Below are positions 1-10,700 of a stretch of 64,000 nucleotides of DNA, piece after piece. Within the stretch, counting starts at the first letter, position 1. Each line of letters opens with the position of its first letter. This DNA is from an uncultured Gammaproteobacteria bacterium (GTDB lineage: Bacteria; Patescibacteriota; Patescibacteriia; Patescibacteriales; UBA12465), in contig CAZPPL010000002.1 of NCBI GenBank assembly GCA_964588465.1, forward strand, positions 8,929 through 72,928, written 5' to 3'. Below the pieces are notes generated by a model that was given only the letters and a program-made list of their open reading frames with translations, searched no databases and had not been told where the DNA came from. The position numbers and the translations under genes are program-made.

Positions 1-71
1 CACTTAAGCCTATTATAAATAATATCAATCAAAGTTTTGCTTTAAATTAGCATGGGTCTTTAGGGAAATTT

Positions 72-2729
72 ATGTTTATGAAATATATGTTTAAAAATTT
101 AAAAATTTATGGAGGAGTGATTTTTTTGCTCTTTGCTCTGTCTTGGTTATCAGTTCCTCAAGCTCAAGCAGCTACTTGTTCGCAAAATACTAATTTAAAT
201 TTTGTAATTAGCGCTCCTAATGGAGCTTTTATTCCTAATGCTCAGGTAACGGTATATGAACAAGTAAGCGATGTTAATGGCCAGCCTAAGCCAGGGGCCT
301 TTGTAGCTAGTGCTAGAACAGATGCGGTTTTAGGTACAGCTCAGTTAAGTTGGCGAGCCAGTTCAGATAATAATGTTTACGCTATAAAAGTTCAGACTAT
401 AAATAATGATGCTGGGGCCTTTTGGTATTACAATGAGAGTCTAGCTTGTGGCCAGACTTCAACCATATCAGAAACTTTAAGTGGTATTTTATTTTCTTTA
501 CATAATTCTGATGGATCACCTTTAATTAATACTGGTTTTAATATTTATTCTCAAGTTTATGCAGGAAAAAATCCGCAAAAACAATTAAAACAATTTTTAG
601 TTAGTCTTAACTCGGGTGTTTCTGGCCAAGTTGTAGTTTATCTACCTCAGGGTAGCGTGCGGGATTTGAATCGTAGTTTTAGTGATGATTATGCTCTAGA
701 GATTAATCATAATTGGAAAAAATTTGATTTTTATAACATTAAAGTACAAGATAATAAACTAACTACTTTAAATTATTTTATTCCTTCTCTGCGAGTTAAA
801 TTCCAAGATGCTAGTGGGGCCCTATTTCCTAACGGCACTCAAGTTACTGTTTTTCTCCAGACGGTAGATAGTAATAATCTGCCTAAAGTCGGAGATCGGG
901 TGGGTGAATTTACTTTAGGATCTGCTGGCTCTGGTAATATAGATTTACCTACTGGTTTGTATGTTTTAGGTATTAGAAACCAAAATAATACCTATAACTA
1001 TTTCTGGAACCTGCAAGTGAGCTCTGGACAAGCCAACACTTATACGGTAACAGCTACTAATAATTCTGCTAATTTGAATTTAAATACTAGTTGCCAAAAT
1101 AATTCACAGTTTAGTCTAGTATTACAAAATATTGCTGGGGCTCTTATTCCTGGTATGCATTTTGCTTTATATGAACAACTTAGCAACGCCCGAGGCCTCC
1201 CTATTGCTGGCCAGCAAGTGACTAGTGGAGTGATTGGTAATACTGGTCAAGGTAGCTTTAGTTTTCGTCCTGATCCCTTACAGACCTACGCTCTAAAGGT
1301 TTGGGATCGCAATTCTAATTTAGGAGCTTTTTGGTTTTTTAACGCAGTTCGTTTTACCTGTAATAATAGTCAAACTATTACTGAAACTATTCCCGCCTTA
1401 CACATTGTATTGCGTGATAGCCAAGGGCAATTAAAACGTAATTATAGTTTTTCTCTATATGAACAGGAATATGATGCTGACAATCACCCCTTTTTTCAAA
1501 ATAATGATTTAGTGGCTAATCTACAGACCGACGGTGGCGGACAGACTACGGTATATGTAGCTCCCTATAACACCTATCTACCAGCTCAGTCTGGTATCTA
1601 TGCTATAAGTGTTCGTGATTCTAATGGTACTCAGATTCCTTTCTATAATATTAAAATACTAGCTAATAAAGATTATACTTTCCAATCAGTTTTAAGTGGG
1701 ATAAATGGAGAATTACGTAGTGCTCAATCCATTTTATTACCCAATCAAAGTTTACAACTCTATCAAGAAGATCGTAGCAAAACTTATTTAAGTCTAGCTA
1801 GCCCGATATTTAATATTCGTACGGATGCTAGGGGAAAATTTAGTTTTGAATATCCTGCTGGGCGTTATGCTTTAGTGTCACTAGATAGTTTTAATCGTCA
1901 AAATGTTTTTTGGAATATTACGGCTAAGGCTGGTAATAATTATCAATATCTAAAGACTAGTATGGCTAGTTTTAATTTAGCAGATCCGCAAGGGCAAGGC
2001 ATAGCAGCTAATCCTAGTTTAGTGCTTTATGCTTTAGTTCGGGGAAGCAGTGGAGCTTATTACCAGGGTAAACAGATTGGCACCATCGCTGTAAATAACA
2101 CTAAGCCTACAATTAAAACTTTAGCTTCTGGTACTTATTTAGCCATTTATAAAGGTTTGGGCAATCAACAATACGGGCAAGCTTTCTATCTTAAAACTGG
2201 CGAGTTTTATGTTGTTAAAGTAGTTTTAAATTCTAATGATTTAGTCTATTTCAATAAAGCTTTCTGGTTGCCTGGAGCTTCAAGCATCATACCTCTTAGT
2301 ACCGAGCATCATTCTACTAATAGCTCTCATAATTCTTCTGCTCATAGCTCAGTTTCTTTAGCCGTTCGTCTACAGGGTCGGATTCTATTACAAGTACAAG
2401 ATAAAGGGCAAGCTTGGTATGTTAATCCTACTAACCAAGAAAGATATGCTTTAGGAAAACCAGTAGATGCTTTTCGTATTATGCGTCGTTTCGCCCTAGG
2501 TATATCTAATAGTAATTTCCAACTAGTGCAAAATAATCCGCAGGACTGGAAACGTTTAGCTGGACGAATTTTGCTTAAAACTCAAGACCATGGCCGGGCT
2601 TATTATTTTGATCCAGTTAATTTTAAACTTTATTATCTAGGTCGTCCTGCCGATGCTTTTCGTATTATGCGCACTAGAGCCCTAGGCATTACTAATAGTA
2701 ATCTATTAAAAATTAGATTAGGAAACTAA
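72..2729 (+). CDS. Secreted repetitive surface protein (signal peptide, repeated Cys-bracketed modules, two C-terminal ~50-aa tandem repeats)
   Basis: 885-aa ORF with an N-terminal hydrophobic segment ending AQA-AT. The module ATCSQNTNLNF...YAIKVQTINNDAGAFWYYNESLACGQTSTISET recurs as NTSCQNNSQFS...YALKVWDRNSNLGAFWFFNAVRFTCNNSQTITET. The C-terminus carries GRILLQVQDKGQAWYVNP..DAFRIMRRFALGISNSN and GRILLKTQDHGRAYYFDP..DAFRIMRTRALGITNSN. Confidence 0.7.
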   Translation: MFMKYMFKNLKIYGGVIFLLFALSWLSVPQAQAATCSQNTNLNFVISAPNGAFIPNAQVTVYEQVSDVNGQPKPGAFVASARTDAVLGTAQLSWRASSDNNVYAIKVQTINNDAGAFWYYNESLACGQTSTISETLSGILFSLHNSDGSPLINTGFNIYSQVYAGKNPQKQLKQFLVSLNSGVSGQVVVYLPQGSVRDLNRSFSDDYALEINHNWKKFDFYNIKVQDNKLTTLNYFIPSLRVKFQDASGALFPNGTQVTVFLQTVDSNNLPKVGDRVGEFTLGSAGSGNIDLPTGLYVLGIRNQNNTYNYFWNLQVSSGQANTYTVTATNNSANLNLNTSCQNNSQFSLVLQNIAGALIPGMHFALYEQLSNARGLPIAGQQVTSGVIGNTGQGSFSFRPDPLQTYALKVWDRNSNLGAFWFFNAVRFTCNNSQTITETIPALHIVLRDSQGQLKRNYSFSLYEQEYDADNHPFFQNNDLVANLQTDGGGQTTVYVAPYNTYLPAQSGIYAISVRDSNGTQIPFYNIKILANKDYTFQSVLSGINGELRSAQSILLPNQSLQLYQEDRSKTYLSLASPIFNIRTDARGKFSFEYPAGRYALVSLDSFNRQNVFWNITAKAGNNYQYLKTSMASFNLADPQGQGIAANPSLVLYALVRGSSGAYYQGKQIGTIAVNNTKPTIKTLASGTYLAIYKGLGNQQYGQAFYLKTGEFYVVKVVLNSNDLVYFNKAFWLPGASSIIPLSTEHHSTNSSHNSSAHSSVSLAVRLQGRILLQVQDKGQAWYVNPTNQERYALGKPVDAFRIMRRFALGISNSNFQLVQNNPQDWKRLAGRILLKTQDHGRAYYFDPVNFKLYYLGRPADAFRIMRTRALGITNSNLLKIRLGN

Positions 2730-2738
2730 TAAATTTTT

Positions 2739-3722
2739 ATGGCAAAATCATTTAAATATCTTTGGCCAGAAATTGGTAATCAAGCTGTACTAGAATTTCT
2801 GGAGCGTAGTTTAATTAGTGGTAAAATAGCTCAGACTTATGTTTTTACTGGTACTAGTGATTTAGGTAAATTTACTATGGCTCTAGCTTTCGCTCGTAAT
2901 TTGCAAGGTAATCCTCAGGGTTTTAATAGTGATTTACATATATTACAACTAGAAGAAGGGAAGAAAAATATTAGTATTACCGCTACTAGACAATTTATTA
3001 AGACTTTAAATTTGAGTTCTTTCTTAAATTCCTATAAGATAGGAATTATTAAGCAAGCAAATTTATTAAGTCCTGAAGCCCAAAGTGCTTTACTAAAAAC
3101 CTTAGAAGAGCCTCAGGAAAAAGTAGTTATCATTTTATTAGTCAATGATGAGGATGATCTACCTGCCACAATTTTAAGCCGAGCTCAAATTATTTATTTC
3201 TATCCAGTAGCTTCTTCCCTCATTTATGATTATTTAATTACTAGCTATGGTACTAATCGTTCTTTTGCTAAAGATTTAGCGAATTTAGCCTTAGGTCGTC
3301 CGCTATTAGCGGTAAAGCTACTGGAAAAGCCTGAAGAGTATGAAACTTATTTGGAGAACGCTGAACTTTGGTTAACTCTGTCAGAACAGAATATTAATGA
3401 TCGTTTATTAGCCCTAGATGAAATTTTTAAAGATAGAACTTGGAGTAAACAAGCCGTAGATAGAGCTAAACAAGTACTTATTATGGCCGAAGGCCTGTCT
3501 CGTGATTTATTATTGCTTACTTGGGGACATCAAGAGCTTCTACAACATTCTGCGCTGTCCTCCAATTTAGAAAAAACTTTATTATTTTTAAATAAAGCTG
3601 GTAATCAGGATAACGTACTAACTATTTTAGAGCAATTAAAGCTTATTGCCCAAGCGCAAGAATATTTACAAGCCAACGTTAATCCCCATCTAATTTTAGA
3701 GCAAGTAGTTATTAATTTCTAA
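2739..3722 (+). CDS. holB: DNA polymerase III delta-prime subunit
   Basis: 327 aa. AAA+ clamp-loader motifs are present: YVFTGTSDLGKFTMALAFA (P-loop-like), SALLKTLEEPQEKVVIILL and ILSRAQ (SRC-like). Confidence 0.8.
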   Translation: MAKSFKYLWPEIGNQAVLEFLERSLISGKIAQTYVFTGTSDLGKFTMALAFARNLQGNPQGFNSDLHILQLEEGKKNISITATRQFIKTLNLSSFLNSYKIGIIKQANLLSPEAQSALLKTLEEPQEKVVIILLVNDEDDLPATILSRAQIIYFYPVASSLIYDYLITSYGTNRSFAKDLANLALGRPLLAVKLLEKPEEYETYLENAELWLTLSEQNINDRLLALDEIFKDRTWSKQAVDRAKQVLIMAEGLSRDLLLLTWGHQELLQHSALSSNLEKTLLFLNKAGNQDNVLTILEQLKLIAQAQEYLQANVNPHLILEQVVINF

Positions 3723-3731
3723 TTAAATTAT

Positions 3732-4859
3732 ATGTCAATAAAACTTTTAAAATTATTAGTCTTGTTAGGAGCTACGGTTTTTCTAACCTCAGCTTGTTCT
3801 TTAATCAAGGTTAATAATTCCCATAGCGGTTTAGCTAGTAAAGCTACTAATGTTAGTGTATTTTTTTCAGCTAATGGTGGAAATAAATGGCGTCCTATGG
3901 ACGCTGTGCCTACCACTAACGGTCAAATTGTCAGTATTGATGGTTTGAATGTTAAGGCTTTACGCGTTGACCCCGAAGATGGTTCAGCTGTTTATTTGGC
4001 TAGCTTTCACAAAGGTTTGTATTACACTTATAATATTGTTAAAGGTTGGAATCAGGTTACTAGCTTGCCTCAAGCTACGATTAATGATGTGCGAGTAGAT
4101 CCACAAAATAAATGTATTATTTATGCGGCTATTTCCAATCGTTTATATCGTTCTGAGGATTGTAATCGTAGTTGGTCACAAGTCTATTTTGATAGTTATC
4201 CTGGAACCCAAGTAAATACTATTGCTATTGACTATAATCATCCAGCTAACATCTATATAGGCACTTCGCGGGGGAATATTATTAAAAGTATTGATGGAGG
4301 AAATTCTTGGCGGACTATTCATCGTATGAAGGCTGGTATTGCTCAGCTTATTATTTCTCCTATAAATAGTAGTTTGTTATTTATGGCCACAGTCCAGAAT
4401 AAAATTTTTAGTTTTACTTCTAATAGTAATACTAATTCGGCTAAACCTCAGAATATTGATCAAAATTTTTCCATAAATAATTGGCGGGATTTTAATCCAG
4501 TTTTAGCAGGCTATAATTTAGGAAATAATTTTAGAGATATTATAGTAAACCCTAAATCTGGAGCAATATTTTTGGCTACGGATAGATTAATCCTACGTTC
4601 TCCAAATCAAGGAGTTAGTTGGCAAAAGATTAAATTGCTTTCCTCTACCACTGATACCGCCCTCACCGCACTAGCAATAAATCCCAAAAATTCCGCTGAT
4701 ATATACTACCTTACTCGTACTGCTATCATGCATTCTTTAGATGGAGGAATAAGTTGGAAAACTCAGAAGTTGCCAGCTGGACGTGCTGGGCAAGCCTTAT
4801 TAATTGATTGGCAAAATCCTAATAATATTTATTTAGGAACTATTAAGATAAATAATTAA
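3732..4859 (+). CDS. Lipoprotein with BNR/Asp-box repeats (beta-propeller, Ycf48/sialidase-like fold)
   Basis: Lipobox-like FLTSAC follows the signal segment. Repeated S-x-D-x-G-x-x-W motifs: SIDGGNSWRT, SLDGGISWKT, SPNQGVSWQK, SEDCNRSWSQ. Confidence 0.6.
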   Translation: MSIKLLKLLVLLGATVFLTSACSLIKVNNSHSGLASKATNVSVFFSANGGNKWRPMDAVPTTNGQIVSIDGLNVKALRVDPEDGSAVYLASFHKGLYYTYNIVKGWNQVTSLPQATINDVRVDPQNKCIIYAAISNRLYRSEDCNRSWSQVYFDSYPGTQVNTIAIDYNHPANIYIGTSRGNIIKSIDGGNSWRTIHRMKAGIAQLIISPINSSLLFMATVQNKIFSFTSNSNTNSAKPQNIDQNFSINNWRDFNPVLAGYNLGNNFRDIIVNPKSGAIFLATDRLILRSPNQGVSWQKIKLLSSTTDTALTALAINPKNSADIYYLTRTAIMHSLDGGISWKTQKLPAGRAGQALLIDWQNPNNIYLGTIKINN

Positions 4860-4888
4860 TTAATTTATAAATAATTGCTTATAATTAT

Positions 4889-5443
4889 ATGAATCAGTAT
4901 GTAGAGTCTGGAGAATCAAATTTTGTGAAGGCTTTAGACTTTTTCAAAAAAGAAATTGCTAATTTACGAACTGGACGAATTAACCCCTCCGTACTAGATA
5001 AAGTACAGGTAGAAGCCTATGATGTCCTTAACCCACTTAATGCGGTTAGTAATATTTCCATAGTTGATTCTCGCAGTATTTTAATTGCTCCTTGGGATAA
5101 GGGAGTAATTAAAAGTATAGAGAAAGCTATTGTGGAAGCTGATCTAGGCTTAGGAGTCGTTAATGAAGGGGATAAAATTCGTTTAACTGCTCCACCTTTA
5201 ACTGGAGAAAATCGTCAGGAATTAGTGAAAATATTAAATGAAAAAATGGAAAAGACCAGAATTATTTTACGTAGTGCTCGGGATAATGTTAAAAATTCCA
5301 TTGAAAAAGTATTTACGGCTAAAGACATTAGCGAAGATGATAAATTTCGTTTTGTTAAAGAGTTAGATGAGTTTTCTGCGAAAAAGAATGAAGAATTAAA
5401 AAATATCCGAGATCGCAAAGAACAGGATATTATGGAGATTTAA
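4889..5443 (+). CDS. frr: Ribosome recycling factor
   Basis: 184 aa with typical RRF sequence: LRTGRINPSVLDKVQVEAYD, LTGENRQELVKILNEKMEKTRIILRSARD. Confidence 0.9.
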   Translation: MNQYVESGESNFVKALDFFKKEIANLRTGRINPSVLDKVQVEAYDVLNPLNAVSNISIVDSRSILIAPWDKGVIKSIEKAIVEADLGLGVVNEGDKIRLTAPPLTGENRQELVKILNEKMEKTRIILRSARDNVKNSIEKVFTAKDISEDDKFRFVKELDEFSAKKNEELKNIRDRKEQDIMEI

Positions 5444-5465
5444 ATAAATTTTTGTTATCAATTTT

Positions 5466-6626
5466 ATGCTTTGGACCATTGTTATTTTTATAGTAGTCTT
5501 ATCAATTTTAGTTTTTGTTCATGAGTTGGGTCATTTTCTTACCGCCCGTAGTTTTGGGGTAAAAGCGGAAGAGTTTGGTTTTGGTTTTCCCCCTCGGGTT
5601 ATTGGTTGGTATCGTAATCGTCTAGGTCGTTGGCGTCGGGTGTTGGGTAATAAAAGTATAGAGACTCTGGAGAAAAATAGTGATGAAAGTCTGATTCCTG
5701 GTCCAGGTCGTACAGTTTATTCCCTTAATTGGTTACCTCTGGGTGGTTTTGTCAAAATTAAGGGAGAGAATGGAGAGGGTAAAAATGATAATGATAGTTT
5801 TGTTTCTAAAAGTATTTGGAAACGGATTATAATTCTAAGTGCTGGAGTTATTATGAATGTTGTTCTGGCTTGGTTTTTATTCTCTCTGGGTTATATGATG
5901 GGTATGCCTCAGTCCACTAGCAATCTTGGACCTAGAGCTCAAGTTAGTAAGTCGCAAGTTATGGTGGTTCAAGTAATGCCTAATTCGCCAGCATTTCGGG
6001 CTGGACTAAAAGAAGGAGATGAAATTTTACGTGCTGATAATATTCCTATTAAGACTGATCAGGATTTACAACAGGCAGTGGCTAGCAGAGTTAATCAAAA
6101 AGTTAATTTTCTTATTAAACGTGGAATTCGGGAAAAAAAAGTTAGTATCACTCCTCGCTCTAAAAAAGGTGGTAGGGCAGTTATTGGGGTAGGTATTGCC
6201 TATTCTGGATTGGTACGTTATCCTTTCTTTTCCGCTATTTGGGAGGGGGCGAAGACTGATGTTTGGATAGTTAAGCAGATTTTTGTGGCTTTTGGAAATT
6301 TATTTGTAGAAATTTTTCATGGTCAAAATGTAGGCAATCAATTTGCTGGTCCTATTGGTATTGCTAATATAACTGGTCAAGCTGCTCGTCTCGGTTTTTC
6401 TTATCTCTTGCAGTTTATGGCTATTCTGTCTTTAAATTTAGCGGTAATTAACATTTTACCTTTTCCGGCTTTAGACGGTGGTCGTATTTTATTTCTAATT
6501 ATCGGCAAGCTTAAAGGCAAGCCGGTTCGTCAAGAGATTGAGAATGCTATTCATAATGTAGGTTTCTTGCTGCTTATTGCTTTAATTTTGTTTATTACCT
6601 ATAAAGATATCGTGAGGTTATTTTAA
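5466..6626 (+). CDS. rseP: RIP metalloprotease RseP (M50 site-2 protease with PDZ domain)
   Basis: HELGH zinc motif near the N-terminus, a central PDZ-like segment (VMPNSPAFRAGLKEGDEIL), a C-terminal NILPFPALDGG motif, and multiple TM segments. Confidence 0.85.
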   Translation: MLWTIVIFIVVLSILVFVHELGHFLTARSFGVKAEEFGFGFPPRVIGWYRNRLGRWRRVLGNKSIETLEKNSDESLIPGPGRTVYSLNWLPLGGFVKIKGENGEGKNDNDSFVSKSIWKRIIILSAGVIMNVVLAWFLFSLGYMMGMPQSTSNLGPRAQVSKSQVMVVQVMPNSPAFRAGLKEGDEILRADNIPIKTDQDLQQAVASRVNQKVNFLIKRGIREKKVSITPRSKKGGRAVIGVGIAYSGLVRYPFFSAIWEGAKTDVWIVKQIFVAFGNLFVEIFHGQNVGNQFAGPIGIANITGQAARLGFSYLLQFMAILSLNLAVINILPFPALDGGRILFLIIGKLKGKPVRQEIENAIHNVGFLLLIALILFITYKDIVRLF

Positions 6627-6675
6627 ATAAGCTGGTGGGATTATTGTATCCAACAACTTTAAATTAATTAAATTT

Positions 6676-6999
6676 ATGAAAATTAATATTAAAGCTACTA
6701 AGCTTGAGCTAACTGAGGCTATTCGGAATTATTTTCAGATAAAAATGGATGCCTTGGAAAAATATTTAGGAGATGTTAAGGTTATTAACTGCGACGTAGA
6801 GATTGAGAGAACTTTAGGAGATCGTCGTAAGGGGCAAATTTTTAGAGCGGAAGTCAATTTGAGCGTACCGCATAGGTTATTACGAGTAGAAAAAACTGAA
6901 AAAGATTTATATAAAGCTATTGATAAAGTAAAGGACCACTTAGAATTAGTGATTAAAAAATATAAAGAAAAACAAATTGATAAACGGAGAGGAAAATAA
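6676..6999 (+). CDS. hpf: Ribosome hibernation promoting factor / RaiA (short form)
   Basis: 107 aa with the typical start MKINIKATKLELTEAIRNY and the DLYKAIDKVKDHLE motif. Confidence 0.8.
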   Translation: MKINIKATKLELTEAIRNYFQIKMDALEKYLGDVKVINCDVEIERTLGDRRKGQIFRAEVNLSVPHRLLRVEKTEKDLYKAIDKVKDHLELVIKKYKEKQIDKRRGK

Positions 7000-7029
7000 A
7001 TTTAGACCTTATTAAAGTCATAAAAGTTT

Positions 7030-9921
7030 ATGAATATTTTGAATATTTTTGGTGATGCCAATGAAAAAATAGTTAGGAAGATGAAACCTATTATTGATAA
7101 GATAGACGCTTTTGAGCCTGCTGTAAAGAAATTATCTGATGAGAAATTGAAGTCTAAAACAGTTAGGTTTAAAGAACGTCTAGAAAGTGGTGAAACCTTA
7201 GATGATCTTTTGCCCGAAGCTTTTGCCACTATACGGGAAGCCTCTGGACGAATTTTGCATCAGCGTCATTTTATGGTTCAGCTGATTGGTGGTATTGTTT
7301 TACATCGAGGTCAAATTGCGGAAATGAAAACTGGTGAAGGAAAAACTTTAGCCGCTGTTTTGCCTCTTTATCTTAATGCTCTAGAGGGTAAAGGAGTTCA
7401 TCTTATTACGGTTAATGATTATTTGGCTCGTTTAGGGGCAGGTTGGATGGCTCCAGTTTTTTATTCTTTAGGATTTTCCACTGGGGTAATTGTCCATGAA
7501 AATGCTTATATCTATGATCCAGAGTATGTAGATTCCAGCCAATATGACGAACGTTTAAAGCATTTCCGCTCTGTGTCTCGTCGTGAAGCTTATTATGCTG
7601 ATGTTACCTATGGAACTAATAATGAATTTGGTTTTGATTATTTGCGCGATAACATGGTATATAGCCTAGATCAAACCGTACAACGGTCTTTACATTATGC
7701 CATTGTTGATGAAATTGATTCAATTTTAATTGATGAAGCACGGACCCCCTTGATTATTAGCGGTTCGGCGGAAGAGTCGGTGGAAAAATATTCTAAATTT
7801 GCCCAGATTGTGGCTGGGCTAGACGAAGATACTGATTATAATATTGATGAGAAGATGCATGCTGCTACTTTAACTGAAAATGGTATAAACAAGGTAGAAA
7901 AGATATTAGGTTTAGGAAATATTTATGTAGAGACTGGAGTTAAAGAAGTACACCATTTAGAGCAAGCCCTGAAGGCCCGGGTTTTATTTAAACGAGATAA
8001 AGATTATGTAGTTAAAGATAACGAAATTGTTATTGTTGATGAGTTCACTGGACGTCTAATGCCTGGGCGACGTTATAGCGAAGGCTTGCACCAAGCCATT
8101 GAGGCTAAAGAAGGGGTAAAGATCCAAAAAGAATCTCAAACCATGGCTACTATTACTTTTCAAAACTTATTCCGTTTGTATAAAAAATTATCTGGTATGA
8201 CTGGTACAGCAGCCACTGAAGCTGAGGAATTTCATGAAATTTATAAATTAGAGACTATTGTTATCCCCACTAATCAACCTAATATTCGTAAAGATCATAA
8301 TGATCTTATCTATCGTACTGAAGAGAATAAATTTAAAGCGGTTATTGCGGACATTAAGAGGCGTCATGCTAAGGGTCAGCCGATTTTAATTGGCACTATT
8401 TCTATTGAAAAAAATGAGATTTTAGCTGAACTTATGGAACGTGAAGGATTACGCCCACAAATGTTAAACGCCAAGAATCATCAAAAGGAAGCGGAAGTTA
8501 TTGCTCAAGCTGGTCGGAAAGGAGCCATCACCTTGGCTACTAATATGGCTGGTCGTGGAGTAGATATTGTTTTGGGTGGCCATCCGCCTTTAGCTGCTGA
8601 ACAAAAAGAAGTTAAAAAAGCTGGTGGTTTACACGTGGTAGGTACTGAACGGCACGAATCTCGTAGAATTGATAATCAGTTGCGTGGTCGTTCTGGTCGT
8701 CAAGGTGACCCTGGTTCTTCACAGTTCTATGTTTCTACCGAGGATGATTTAATGCGTATTTTTGGCGGTGATAAAATGCGTAATCTTATGAAAACCCTAA
8801 AAGTGCCTGAAGATATGCCAATTGAGAATAAGATTATTTCTAAGTCAATAGAAAATGCCCAGAAGAAAGTGGAAGGTAATAATTTTGATATGCGTAAGCA
8901 ACTGGTAGAGTATGATGATGTCATCAATCGTCATAGGTCTAGTATTTATAATCGTCGCCGAGAAATTCTAGAGATTTCTGAAGGGGTGGAACTAGAGGAA
9001 ACAGAGAATAAAGAAGGAATCAAATTAGTTAAACAGGAAAAAGAAAAAATAGAGAAAATGGAGAATAGTCCAGATAAACCAGCGGTAGATAAGTTTGGCT
9101 CTCCTCTAGTTTTGAAAGAACAAACTGTTAAACAAAGTGCTATTGCCACTGAAGACGAAATTATATTAAAAGAACTTACCACAGAACGAAGTCTAAGTAG
9201 AATTATTTTAGAAATGGTTAGGAAAGAAATTGTAAATGTAGTAAATTTTCACACTGTTGCTGAGCATATAGATGAATGGAATATTAAGGAAATTTATGAA
9301 ACCATGCAAACTATTTGGAGTATTTCTAAAGAAGCCAACACGAAATTGGCGGAGTTCATTAAAAGTTCTAAACCTAAAGATACGGTTAGGACCGAGATTA
9401 TTAATTATTTATATCTTTTAGCCGTTAAGCGTTATGCTACTTTAACTGCTGATTTTATTCGCGCTAATCTACAATTCTCTGATGTGGAAAAAGGTATTTT
9501 AATTAAATCTATTGATGAATTATGGGTAGAACATTTAGAAACTATAGATTATTTGCGTCAAGGTATTGGTTTGCGCGGTTATGGACAGCACGATCCTTTG
9601 GTAGAGTATAAAAAAGAAGCCTATCGTCTATATCAAGAGTTAAATGGTTTGATTAATAAACAAGTAGTCTATTCTATTTATAAAACTGGTGATGCTTTAC
9701 GAATGACTGCTGGTCCAGAAATTAAACTTTTTACCAATCAAGATCAAAAAAAGTTGAATTTTAGCGGAGCAGCTAAAGAAATGCACCGTGAATCCGAAGG
9801 TCGTAATGACGTGGATTTAGTGCCAGAAAAATTGAAAAATGAGCAGGGTAAAAAGGTTGGCAGGAATGATCCTTGTCCTTGTGGCAGTGGCAAGAAGTAT
9901 AAGCATTGCCATGGTGCTTAA
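7030..9921 (+). CDS. secA: Preprotein translocase ATPase SecA
   Basis: 963 aa. Motifs: MKTGEGKTL Walker A, DEIDSILIDEARTPLIISG, TNMAGRGVDI, and a C-terminal zinc finger CPCGSGKKYKHCHG. Confidence 0.97.
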   Translation: MNILNIFGDANEKIVRKMKPIIDKIDAFEPAVKKLSDEKLKSKTVRFKERLESGETLDDLLPEAFATIREASGRILHQRHFMVQLIGGIVLHRGQIAEMKTGEGKTLAAVLPLYLNALEGKGVHLITVNDYLARLGAGWMAPVFYSLGFSTGVIVHENAYIYDPEYVDSSQYDERLKHFRSVSRREAYYADVTYGTNNEFGFDYLRDNMVYSLDQTVQRSLHYAIVDEIDSILIDEARTPLIISGSAEESVEKYSKFAQIVAGLDEDTDYNIDEKMHAATLTENGINKVEKILGLGNIYVETGVKEVHHLEQALKARVLFKRDKDYVVKDNEIVIVDEFTGRLMPGRRYSEGLHQAIEAKEGVKIQKESQTMATITFQNLFRLYKKLSGMTGTAATEAEEFHEIYKLETIVIPTNQPNIRKDHNDLIYRTEENKFKAVIADIKRRHAKGQPILIGTISIEKNEILAELMEREGLRPQMLNAKNHQKEAEVIAQAGRKGAITLATNMAGRGVDIVLGGHPPLAAEQKEVKKAGGLHVVGTERHESRRIDNQLRGRSGRQGDPGSSQFYVSTEDDLMRIFGGDKMRNLMKTLKVPEDMPIENKIISKSIENAQKKVEGNNFDMRKQLVEYDDVINRHRSSIYNRRREILEISEGVELEETENKEGIKLVKQEKEKIEKMENSPDKPAVDKFGSPLVLKEQTVKQSAIATEDEIILKELTTERSLSRIILEMVRKEIVNVVNFHTVAEHIDEWNIKEIYETMQTIWSISKEANTKLAEFIKSSKPKDTVRTEIINYLYLLAVKRYATLTADFIRANLQFSDVEKGILIKSIDELWVEHLETIDYLRQGIGLRGYGQHDPLVEYKKEAYRLYQELNGLINKQVVYSIYKTGDALRMTAGPEIKLFTNQDQKKLNFSGAAKEMHRESEGRNDVDLVPEKLKNEQGKKVGRNDPCPCGSGKKYKHCHGA

Positions 9922-9970
9922 ATTATTAATACTTGTATAGATTAGAATAATAAATTTAATTTATAACAAT

Positions 9971-10645
9971 ATGCCCAATAAACAATTAGATTTTTTAGAT
10001 ATCTTTGATCACCCCGTAAGATCCTTTGAAGCTAAGAAATCAGAAGCATCTTCTGCTAAACATAATAATATTAAGCCTTTATCTAAAGAAGAAATAGAAT
10101 TTGAACGAGAACAAAATGCTGACCGTCGTAAAGCTCAAGAAGCTAAACAAGTAGAACATCTTAAATATTTATTAGCTAGTAATTATTGGGATCTTTCACT
10201 AGATGATTTTAAGGAATTTACAGAAGAATTGTCGGCTTACCAGCAACGTTTATTAGGGTTTAAAAAAGAAGCTAGAAAAATTGAGCAAGAAATAAATGAA
10301 GGTAAGGGAAATACTAACGCTAAACAGAAAGAGATAGGAGAAAGCAATTTAGATTTACACTGGAAATCGGTTTTTCCAGAAGTTAATGATGATCCAGAAT
10401 ATAGAGATCTCGCTTTACTTTGGATAAAATATAAAAAAGTTTTGCAGCAGAGTAAAGCTCAAGCTAATACAGGGGTTGAAGTTCACAAAAAAACTAGAAA
10501 AACTAAATCTGGTGGTACTGCTAAAAAAATTAAAACTAAAGCTGATGATTATAATAATAACAATGATGATGATGACAATTCCCCTGATCCTTATGGAGAT
10601 ATTTATCCTTATAGTCGCAAGTTTCGTAGGAAGCGTAATTTTTAG
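9971..10645 (+). CDS. Hypothetical highly charged protein with poly-N/D tract and basic C-terminus
   Basis: 224-aa ORF with no recognisable motif. It contains K/E-rich coiled-coil-like segments, DDYNNNNDDDDNSPDP, and a terminal RKFRRKRNF. Confidence 0.5.
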   Translation: MPNKQLDFLDIFDHPVRSFEAKKSEASSAKHNNIKPLSKEEIEFEREQNADRRKAQEAKQVEHLKYLLASNYWDLSLDDFKEFTEELSAYQQRLLGFKKEARKIEQEINEGKGNTNAKQKEIGESNLDLHWKSVFPEVNDDPEYRDLALLWIKYKKVLQQSKAQANTGVEVHKKTRKTKSGGTAKKIKTKADDYNNNNDDDDNSPDPYGDIYPYSRKFRRKRNF

Positions 10646-10672
10646 TTGATTAGAAGGTATTATTTCCCTTGG

Positions 10673-10697
10673 AGAGCTTGAAAGAGTTCTCTTTTTT
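10673..10697 (+). terminator. Putative intrinsic terminator
   Basis: GAGAGC-ttgaaaga-GTTCTC stem (one G-T pair) followed by TTTTTT. Confidence 0.4.
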
Positions 10698-10700
10698 AGC

